Source: Selaginella moellendorffii | Lineage: Eukaryota > Plantae > Lycopodiophyta | Direction of reading: 5' to 3' | NCBI RefSeq assembly: GCF_000143415.4 | Contig: NW_003314283.1 | Coordinates: 1,354,330-1,418,329 of the forward strand | Length of the DNA: 64,000 nt | Part shown: positions 22,323 through 32,434 of the stretch, piece after piece | Numbering within the stretch: the stretch's first letter is position 1 | Layout of the letters: the number at the start of each line of letters is the position of its first letter | Position numbers and translations under genes: made by a program | Notes under the pieces: generated by a model | What the model was told of the DNA's origin: nothing | The model's input: the letters and a program-made list of their open reading frames with translations, nothing else | Database searches by the model: none

Positions 22323-22637
22323 TCCCTGCATGAAGGCAACGCCCTCGAATCCGTTGCCAATATATCTCTCGTAGACAGTGGCTGTCCACTCCTGATCATC
22401 TGCTGCTCCAAGCATGGAAACCGTGTATCTGTTGATCTCTGGAGCAATAGACCGTGTGGCTTGCTTGGCCGCCTCTAAATCTTCTTCTGTGCTCACAACC
22501 ATGGAGGAAAACATGAAGTCACTACTCTGAGCGGTAGAACCTGGGACATATCTTGACGCAGACTGTGAGATGAATGCAACCTCGCCATTCTCCCTGTGAA
22601 TATACAAGAATGCAATCTTGTCCTTGGGATAAGCCAT
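22323..22637 (-). pseudogene. Isocyanide synthase copy 3, 5' fragment only (~105 codons), truncated at the duplication junction
   Basis: Near-identical to the 5' part of copy 1 up to GVAFMQ, then reads into unrelated AKR-hairpin sequence. Confidence 0.88.
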
Positions 22638-23446
22638 GACTCTGAGTTCGTCACTGAGAAATTCAGGTCGAGCTAAATCGTCAAGTGCCAGTGGTGTGGA
22701 TCTTAGGAGCCCGAGTCTTTTATACGGGAAAACCAAAGGTTCGTCTATCTTTGACTGACGTGATATTTGAAAACGTCCTGTCGAGGGAAGATTCCCTGTA
22801 CAGTAAAGTCAAAGTCGGCTCCTTCAATGCATGTTTTGTGATAAGCACACTGGATCCTGCGTATAAAGAATTGCAAAATGAATGTTCTTCGAAGCCAAGA
22901 TTATGCTTCAAGCTAGAACTAGGTCTCTAGCAAGCGATCACAGTAAAAGTTGTCAAGCATTACCGTGTTGCTTGTGCCATTTTTGGGAATCATCCTCTTT
23001 CGCTATAAGCACGTGTAAAATAGTTTATGCTTGCCTTAAAAGACCAACACATGGATCCAACGTGCTTATCGCAAAACCATTTGTTTCGAATAAGCAACAG
23101 GGATGTCCTGCGTGGGCCATCCCAATGCAATGGATAATTCAACGTTCATTCAGCCGAGTAAGTTATGGAAAGTTTTGTAATGCTTCAAATTCAAACTTCC
23201 TAGTGTCCAAAAAGATTTTATTTTTCTACCTTACTGTAGGCCCAAGTATATCTGATATCTCATCTGCGTAAGCTGTAGGATGTCTTAAGCCCTCTTGCTT
23301 TGCTAATAAATAAACAACTGCACAACAACACTGTACATTTTGAAACTCTTAGATCTTGTTGTATTGCCCCCGGTTGGATTTTTCCAATAGCACATTGCCC
23401 TAATTTTAGGGTTTCCTAGTGTTAAGCTTCCAAACTCCTGATTTCC

Positions 23447-24997
23447 ATGGCTTTTCCAAAGGACAAGATTGCGTTCTTGTATATCCAGAAGGAGAATGGC
23501 GAGGTGGCATTCATTTCACAGTCTGCCAGGAGATATGTCCCCCAAGTTGCCACTCAGAAGAGCAGTAGTGACGAATTCATGTTTTCTTCCATGGTTGCGA
23601 GTACAGCAGAAGATCTAGAGGCAGTCAAGCAAGCCACAGGCTCCATTGCTCCAGAGATCAATAGATACACCATTTCCATGCTTGGAGCTGATTCATGCTC
23701 TTCGTGGGAAGCCACCGTCTACGAGAGATACATTGGGAATGGATTCGAGGGCGTGGTTTTCATCCAGGAGGAGGATAGCGAGAACATGAAGTATCTGGCC
23801 TCTCTGCTGCTGGACAACAGCGTCATGACTAGGGATTGTCTTCTGGAGCCCTTCAGCTCGCACACACCTCAAGAGGTGGACGACATCACCTCGCAAGTTG
23901 TGGACATCATAGAGAAGAATTACATCCACTTCCCAAAGCACGACCAGTGGTTCACCAGCGGGGGCAAGCAGAGGTTCGCAGACAGGGTGAGATATCATGT
24001 CGCAAGAAATATCCCACTGGAGTTCATCTTGCCGGCATTTCCAGTCAAGTCGTGCAATCCCGACAAGACTCTGGGAAAGAGCCCTGACAAGGCCGAGGAG
24101 CTGGCCATCCATTCCATGAAGATTGTGGCTGATCTCATCAAAGCCGTGTACGCTCCAGGGGTGCACTACAACGTTGTTTCGGATGGCCATGTCTTCTCCG
24201 ATCTCGTCAGCTCGGACGATGCTGCTGTGGATTCTTATGGCGAGATGTCTTGGGAGATGGCACACAACTTGTATCCGGGTTTGGTCAATTTCTTTCGCCT
24301 GGATGAGTTTCTGCTGGACAACCACAGTGAGGACAGCATCGCGAAGCTTATTTCTAACACCGATGTGGACCACCCCGTTGCGACCGAGCTCACCACACAT
24401 GCAGAGAATGCCAGGCGAGCTCTCATGTGCTTGTTTGGCTGTGACGACTCAACAGTCACCAAGGAGATCAAGGAGGACCCGGAGACACGCAATCTTTATC
24501 GTGGCTTCTCCAGGTTCATGCTCGAGGACTTGTACGAACACAAAAGCTGCAAGAATCTCCCATCAAAGTCGGCAAAGAAAAAGTTGTGCAGCCAGGTTGC
24601 CTTCCTCATGATCCTCAGGAACCGCGCATACTCGGCCATGGTGGAGTGGCTCTTCCCGTTGCAGCTGCGCATCTCCATCCACCCACATCCAAATCGAGGT
24701 CCAAAGTATGGCATCAACATCATCCACTCCTCTCTTGTGGCAGCCCAGCATTCTTCCGAGGAGAAGAACTTCCACATCCCAACACCATGGCACAATACGG
24801 TGGTGGAGCTGGCGGATGGCAAGTTCATGCTCCTCCACTCCAAAGTCATCCGAGGTTCAAGTGTGCATGCCGGAGAAATGGCCTGTGAGCAACTCGAGTT
24901 GAGTCAACAGTTGCTTCTCAAGCGTGAAGGCTACAGGATGGTGCTTGTGACGTATCCAGACGGCAGACCCAGCCACTACAGGCAAGTCAGTGTCTAG
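23447..24997 (+). CDS. Isocyanide synthase (DIT1/PvcA family), copy 4, 516 aa, intronless
   Basis: Complete ATG-to-stop ORF with all ICS motifs (LPAFPVKS, SDGHVFSD, RISIHPH, HIPTPWHN). Confidence 0.9.
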   Translation: MAFPKDKIAFLYIQKENGEVAFISQSARRYVPQVATQKSSSDEFMFSSMVASTAEDLEAVKQATGSIAPEINRYTISMLGADSCSSWEATVYERYIGNGFEGVVFIQEEDSENMKYLASLLLDNSVMTRDCLLEPFSSHTPQEVDDITSQVVDIIEKNYIHFPKHDQWFTSGGKQRFADRVRYHVARNIPLEFILPAFPVKSCNPDKTLGKSPDKAEELAIHSMKIVADLIKAVYAPGVHYNVVSDGHVFSDLVSSDDAAVDSYGEMSWEMAHNLYPGLVNFFRLDEFLLDNHSEDSIAKLISNTDVDHPVATELTTHAENARRALMCLFGCDDSTVTKEIKEDPETRNLYRGFSRFMLEDLYEHKSCKNLPSKSAKKKLCSQVAFLMILRNRAYSAMVEWLFPLQLRISIHPHPNRGPKYGINIIHSSLVAAQHSSEEKNFHIPTPWHNTVVELADGKFMLLHSKVIRGSSVHAGEMACEQLELSQQLLLKREGYRMVLVTYPDGRPSHYRQVSV

Positions 24998-25140
24998 AAT
25001 TGCTCGGATTATATTCTTTTTAGGTCAAATGGGTAAAGCACCCAGCCCTTACATCAAATTTGAAATAAGTGAATACAATATTTTATTTTGAATTAAATGG
25101 TTTTTCCAATGGGAAATCCAATGGGAAATGGACGACGCCG

Positions 25141-26869
25141 CAGGTGGATTGGGGCGAAACTCTTCGACTGCCAGAAGAAGTGCAGGGCTTTCTACTTGGA
25201 AGGTCAACTTTCACTTCCTGTAGCTAATGACTGCTACTCTTCCGGATTGGTCAGTCGGATTATTCCCACCGTGCTCAACTTAAAGAGCAGCTCGAGAAGG
25301 CTGAAAGTATAGGCCGCCGTTGCGTTATTGTCTCCGGTGCCTATGGATGCGGGTTTTCTGTGTAAGTAACTGCAAATACTTCATAATGACTTGCATGAGA
25401 TAGATTTTATTTCGTTGTCGCTGGTAACGGTGGGTCTCAAGATCTCGAACACTTAATCACCTTGGTGAAGACCGAAAGCTTTTTGTTTTGTGCTCCATAC
25501 CTGGAGCTGTCAAGGCACCGAAGGAAAGCCTTGAAGAGTTCGCCTTACCATCGTCCAGGTGCTTATGACGTTGCTACTGGCCTGTAGAATGAAGATTTAC
25601 CTCTACCGCAAGAGCAAGGGGATCATGTCGCGGCAGTGGCTGCCATGCAAAGTCTAGTACATCCTCTACTGCCTTTTACGAGTTTTTCAGGAGCGTGGTG
25701 ATGAAGTTCTGATGTGGGATCTCAGTTGGAGCCCGCCCTACGCTAACTCGCCTCGGTACCCATACCAACTATTGCTCTTGAAGGAAGCGATGCTCAACGA
25801 GGGCTACAAGTATTGGTCGACGTCAAGGGGTGGCTACGTGCCTCTTGCACACAGCCTGGAAGATGCCTGCAGAGTGGATGCAAGTCGAAAGCATGTAGTC
25901 CTACTCTCAGGCACAGGGTACGTATTGGACTTCGAGCTTATGGCAGATACCGACTTTATGAACTTTGGCATCTGGAAGAGCTCCTCAGAGATGGTAAGCT
26001 ATGCTGGACAGGCTATAGAACTAACAGAAGAGGAGGAAGCGGACTTGTGGAGCATGGATAAAGTTTTTTGAGGAAAGTTTCAGCCACTGGCATCTGTTTT
26101 GGAAATCATGATCTTTAAGGACGTGAGCCTGCGGGAGGCCGCTGCTTATGTCACTGTGGGGAGTTAAGTCAGCCAATGAAGATATTCACGTTCTATGATG
26201 GGGTTTCCATGTTGGGGGAGACGGAAGGCATTGCCCATGGAGTAAATCTCATTGAGGAACTCGAGACGGTTGTAGTGCAATACTTCTGTGCTGGAGAGGG
26301 CTGCGTTTTCAGGGGCAACAAGGCTGCATTGTCTGGGGCTGGCCTGGGATGGACAGCTGCGGGGTTTAGTGTTCACCTGGATGAGTATCTGGCTCTTGCT
26401 GCACCCAGGAGCCACTTTCAATATCAATACCAGGCAAAGGGATTTTTGCGGAGTTCCTACCTGCAATGAAAGTGGTTGCGGTTGTCAACTGTTGTGCCTT
26501 TCCCGGGTTTGTGCCTGAAGAACTTGGTAGCTCTATCACTCGAGAACATAAATACGGGGGAAAGATGGAGACATGCCACTTATCAGACCGCTGCTGAAGG
26601 CTAACGGCTGCCCTCAAGCGTTTGAAGAGGAAGGGTCGAGTCATGAAAGGCTGGATGGATGCATGCGTTTTAATGTCGACGACTCAGAAGTCTTTCTTGC
26701 GGATGAAGCAATCTGCACAACATGGATCTCAGGAGAAAACACTACAGTGCAAGGCATCCGATCTGAAAGGGATGAAGTTCCGGAGGTGTATATGAGTTAC
26801 AAAGCCACTGGCTCGACTGAGCTTGTGAAGACCGGTTCTGACGCAAGATTTCTACTTAAGGGATTTTAA
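25141..26869 (+). pseudogene. Degenerate coding region of unknown family (copy B)
   Basis: Paralog of 19069-20830. ORF pieces at 25712-26071, 26176-26469 and 26573-26869. Confidence 0.5.
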
Positions 26870-29800
26870 CTTAAACCTATCATACATAAGCACTGATTTT
26901 GCTCGTTGCCGATGCTCATGAAAGATTAACATGGGTCATTTTTTTATTAGCTTGAAAATTAATTCTAGAGACCCTGTAAAAGCAAAGTGTTCAAACTATC
27001 AAAAGCTTGCCACCAAAAAGAAGAATAAATGGCAAGAAAGACCAAAGAAAGACAGAAGGATGATTTGTATAAATTGAATTTTGTAAATGCTAGAGTGTAT
27101 TTCTGCCACCATTATCCATAATGACATTTGAATCTAAACCTAAGACTTTATAGATTAAATTTCTAAATTAGTTTAAGCTTGGACTAAATTAATTCTAAAA
27201 ACAGAGTTTCTAGGACTTTATGTCCAACATCCTTTGTCCATTTTCAATACTTTTTGTCATGTGTTCTTCTTTTTACAACGAGCTTTTTCAACACTCTCTG
27301 ATTGATGGCTTTTCCTATCAAGCATTGGAGTAATCAAACACAGCTATTCACTTATAATTCTAATTGTCAAGTGCTCTTTATTGATGAAAGTGGATTCTAC
27401 AAAACTATTAATCAAATATCAAAATAATGAAGAAAAATGAATTTGTATTAAATAGTCAAAGTACAAAATTATCAAAACCTTAATTTTATGGCTCTAAAAG
27501 TAGCACGACGTTCACACGTGTCGTCTTTCTGGCCTATAGCCAGCAATCTACAGCAACTCGCATTACTTTTTGTGATATAATCCAACCCTCAGTAATGATA
27601 AAAATCCACTTTAATAAAAACTGGCAAATATGTGACATCAATGGCTGCCATAATCTAATATTATAAGATTAAACCCACTTCTCCCTCTAAATGTGCCAAT
27701 TTTGAGGATTTTTTGATAAGAAGAGAGATAATGTTTTGCATCACAATTTATAACCATTCCATCAATTTTAAAAAGAGAAAATTACCACCATTTGATCCCA
27801 CTTACAATCTTTCATCAACTAAGTGGAAGTATTATGTACATATATTAAAGAGAATCTTTCTATTCAACATTCTTAATCTTTAGCTGATGCATTTGTTTTC
27901 TTTGTATCTAAGAAGGATGGGTTATTTTGTTTGGTGGTTGATTATTGTAACTTGAATATAATAATTATCTTTAATCAATATTTACTTTCAGTCTTTTTTG
28001 AGATGTTAGAGTGGCTCTTAATAAAAGCTCAGTTCTTCATTGGAAAATTGATGTATGTAGCATTTAAAACATCTGGATAATAAGTGAAATTAAACTTTTC
28101 ATACTTATTATGGATATTTTGAATATATGATGATACCTTTTTGTTTGATCAATATACATGTTACTTTTCAATATATGGCAAATAACATTTTCTCTGATTT
28201 CTTTAATTTCTTCATTATCATTTATCTTGATGACATTCTCATTTTCTTTGAGACTTAATAAGAACATGATTGTCATGTTCACTTTATTCTTCAATGCCTT
28301 TAATAACACTACCGTTTTGCAAAGTTGGAGAAATATATTTTCAATCAAGATTCTGTGGAGTTTTTAAGTTTTATTATTTCCTTACATAGCATCATCATGG
28401 ATTTTATTGAGTGGTAATGCCTAACCTTTATTCATGATATCTAATATTTATTTAGGTTTATAAATTTTTATTAGTAATGGTTTATTTGAAGCTTCTCCAA
28501 AATCACTTTTCAACCTTTAATATTAGACTATTTTTGTATTTAAATCATTTTTTTTTTGTAAAATTCTCTACCTCTTGATCATTTACTAATATGTTAACTT
28601 TTGCATAGACACAGTTAAGTTTAAAAAATCTCCTAACCTTAATACCCATTGTTATATTTCTTACATAATTGTTCTAAGAAGTTAATATCATAATAGCTGT
28701 CTAATAGACAATAAAGTATGTCTTAAGCTAGAAAGATAAAAAAAAACTTCACAAATATTAACAATAAGGCCGCCAATACTTTTAACTTCAGTAGGCAATC
28801 CACTAGTTTGTGCTATTAAATCTTGATAATCCTTAAAATCTGAAAACATGGTTTATTGCAACTAAATCCAGCTATAGAGGTGGATTATTCACAATAAAAA
28901 CATGATATGTCATAAATACTACAGATTAGCAATATTTTTTATGTTATTAATCAGGCTTGGTTCTTAAAATAATAATTGCATTTGAAACTTATCATTTTCA
29001 TGATGTTATTATCATTAAATTATTAATTGTCATCTTCTTGTGATTGCTAGGGTGAAAGATATGCTTCCAATATGACTCCAAATAGATCCTCTTTAATTGT
29101 TCAAACTATTATCAAGTTTAATCAATTCAGAAAGAATTTACTCAAATGTCTTACAATTTGAAATTGACTAAAAACTTCATAAGCATATTCATCACGTAGT
29201 TCATTCTTAAAAGTTACAAGATTAGTTTTACCATCTTTATTACCAATAACAATTTAATTATCTTATGCAGTCTTGCTCAAATCCAAGTGACTGTGATAAA
29301 TCTTTAGCCCTCTACCACAAGAATTCTAAGGGCTTTGATCTCATGCTTTAATATCACAATAGAATTTTGAAAGAATCCATCAATAACATCTCACAAATTC
29401 TTTTAGATACAAGTGAGTGGAAATCTACCAATTATGAAAAACAATATTATTATAATGACAAAGATATAATGTTCATAAAAAAAAGAAGCTAAAGCAACAG
29501 AAAACAAGCTAATGGAATTTTAACTAATTTAACTCTTTACATTCTTATTGGTTTTGTAGGACGCAGTAACAGTAGAGTCAACAATGTGACAGTTAGTGCA
29601 TCTCAAAAAAGTAAAATAGACATTGTTGTATCTTAGGGTAATGTTGGTTTGGTGTAGAATATGATTGGTGCATTTTAACTTGATGACACCTTTTAGAATG
29701 AATTATAGAGTTGTTCAAGATAGACAATCTTTTCAGAGATTTATGTGTGAGTCACACATACATTACAAAGGATAGTTTCATGTCATTGAATCAACATTTA

Positions 29801-31176
29801 GACATAACAAATGATCATATCATTTTGAATCTGCTTGGTAAGAAGTTCTTTGACTATGCAATTTCAGGTGATTTTTGCACTCTACTGATTCAAAAGATCC
29901 ATAGGGAAGGGCAATGTAGTCCACTCAAATCAAGTTTGGTGTGAGTAGCTTGTTATAAACTAGATCCAAATAGGTTAGCTATACAGGAATTTAGTGATTG
30001 AAAGTGCCAAACATAGAAGAAAAAATATAGAAAGAAATATACAACCCATGATTGAAAATTAGCCAAGCATTGAATTCATCAAATAACTAAAAATAAGAGG
30101 CATAACCATCAGCCAACCGACTTAGTAGAGGCATCACAAGAGGTTTCTATTGTTGTACCTTGGGAAGGATAGATAACAACTTTTATCATAGTGTATTGCT
30201 TCTCCTATGCATTTGCAGCATATAACAACTACACTAGAATTTAAAGGTGGTGTTATGACCTTTATAAACAACTTGTAATGCTACTGCACCATACCCTAGT
30301 TTGTTGACTTGCTCTTGTGGTGTTGAACTTGTTAGAGCTAGGGATGATGTAGCATGTAATTATGCCCATGTGGCAATAGTTTCTATATATATGTACAGTT
30401 GAGATATAAGACTCTTCCTATATGTATCTTTCCACTACTTTCATAGTATTGGAGCCAATTAACTCCTTGGTGCTTGTTGGTAAGAGGCTAGTGACAAGGA
30501 GGAGGATGAGTCTATTAATTGCAATCCCTCTTGTAATGTTTGTGAGGCATTGGATGTGTTAGATGATTAAAGCATTGCATTATGGCACCAGGCTGTGCAA
30601 AGGCACTAAACAACAAGCAGAGCATAAAGTCAGTGGGAGATTGAGAAATTTAAACAACCCGCATCAAGAATTAAGTCAATATTACATGCAGAAAATTTTA
30701 GCAATTAGAAAGGATGCTTATAGATATTCAAGTGTCTGGGGGAGTCTAGCAATTATGCTTGTGGCAAGTTTTAAACCATAGTAATGAACAAAAGTGTCCA
30801 AAGAAGGCCAAGACAAAAACTAAGTTTTGGGTAGTTTTTCGTATGCTTTTCTCATTCTCTCCATTTTAGATTAGTTAAACATGATTTAGGCTTAGATTCA
30901 AGCTTGGATGAGCTGCTGGTTATGGTTATGAGTGGAAGTGTTAAAGGTAGAAATGTGGCAGTAACTTTCTTTCAAAGCTTTTACCTCTGCCTTACTGTTC
31001 TGCTGTCTCTACAAGGATGTGCATGATTTGATGTTTTCACTCATTTCTGTCTTTCTTATGCTAAGGTTAGCAAACAAATAATGGACAGCAATGACTACAA
31101 CATTCCAGGCTCCTTAGAGATCACAAGCACTAGGCCGTTTATCTTAAGTTTCTCTTTTTTGCAGGCAGAAATTTTC

Positions 31177-31635
31177 TCCAATGTACTTGATCTTCCCTTC
31201 TTGAACGAGCTCACCCATCAATAAAGCCAATGCTTCAAGATCAAAACACAAGAATTTCTGCTGATTTTAATCTTGAACCATTGGTTTTTGTATCAACCAA
31301 AAACCCAGGCTCAGGGGACTCTGACCTTGAACCCAGGGCTGCATTGGAGCCATAGATTGGATCATGCACAGCATATACCATTCATTCACATATGCTAGCA
31401 ATTAGAACCGTCAGCCTTTCAAAGGGGGAATCCGAATTGTGAATCCTCATTTCCATTCATCATTTTTTTTATCAATACACAGCATTCATCCTTCTTCTCA
31501 GCCCTTCCTTTTCCTTTCTATTTTCTTACTAGCAATAGATATCTAGCGAAGAGGAGTATCCACACCTCTTCAGCTTTGTTGATGTGTGAGCTCGTCCAAG
31601 AAGGGAAGATCAATTACATTGGACTCTCAGAACAG
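31177..31635 (+). pseudogene. Aldo-keto reductase exon remnant with an inverted copy (paralog of the 22.2-kb hairpin, longer spacer)
   Basis: From 31576 reads LMCELVQEGKINYIGLSEQ followed by GT. Inverted arm at ~31177-31232. Confidence 0.65.
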
Positions 31636-31818
31636 GTGTTGTTCATAGAGATGTTTCAATCAATAACATCCATGTGTGGGACTGTGCAACAAGATCCCTA
31701 CTTGAACTTTGACTTTGCAGTTGCTTGTCAAGCGACTTGGAGTGCAATAGTTTACAATTCAATCTGAAAGTGTTATAGTAAAACAAACTAAGCTATCTTG
31801 CAGAAGTGTCTGACTGCT

Positions 31819-32330
31819 TCAAAGATGTACGACCCTGTAACCGTCGGATTGAAGAAAGTTTCTATATACAAGGGAGGAGAGGCTTGAAATAGCGACTCCT
31901 TCAGTGCGCCGGCGTCTGAAGAACTTCTTTGCGTCTTCGTCACAAGCAGAGGCAGAGGGGTCTAGCCTGTCTCTGTCCGTTACCAGCCAGATTACCTTAC
32001 CTTTCTGTGAACGCTGATCAAATGCATCCTGTGAAGTCTGTATCACTCAACACCTCGTCACTCGCCTAGAAGGCGAAATAAAGGGCATCCCGAATCTGTT
32101 CCGCCATGACGATCGCATGCATGTCAAAGATCCAGATACCAGCCGCGTCAGCATTTCCTTAACGTCGTCTTCCGTTTCATCTTCGTAGTTTATCATGTAC
32201 AAGATATGCACTGCAAGATTTCTAAGAAGACAGCTTTTCCCTCCGCCTTTGGGTCCTGTCAGCACTTGAAGAGCATGAAGTATGATGTCTTGAAACACGC
32301 TACGCTCACAATAAACAAACTCTTGCGGCC
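31819..32330 (-). pseudogene. P-loop NTPase gene remnant
   Basis: Walker A VLTGPKGGGKS, then a Walker-B-like KVIWLVTD in another frame. Fragmented. Confidence 0.5.
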
Positions 32331-32434
32331 TTCGAACCGCAACTTGAGAGACCTGGAAATGGCAAAATCATCTTCTCCTCCAAGCCCTAAAAATGTTTTA
32401 TTTCAAAATTGCATGGGCCAGCATTTGGCACAAT

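Larger units (their letters stand above)
22322..31623 (+). repeat. Second unit of a tandem segmental duplication (first unit ~8263-22322)
   Basis: Collinear identity across ICS 5' part, promoter, ICS(+), unknown pseudogene, AT-rich flank and AKR hairpin. The LTR element is only in unit 1; extra AT-rich DNA (~27.6-30.6 kb) is only in unit 2. Confidence 0.85.

Noticed and set aside
27600-30600. Short ORFs in the AT-rich block
   Set aside because: Low-complexity ORFs with no motifs; probably decayed TE DNA whose family I cannot assign.
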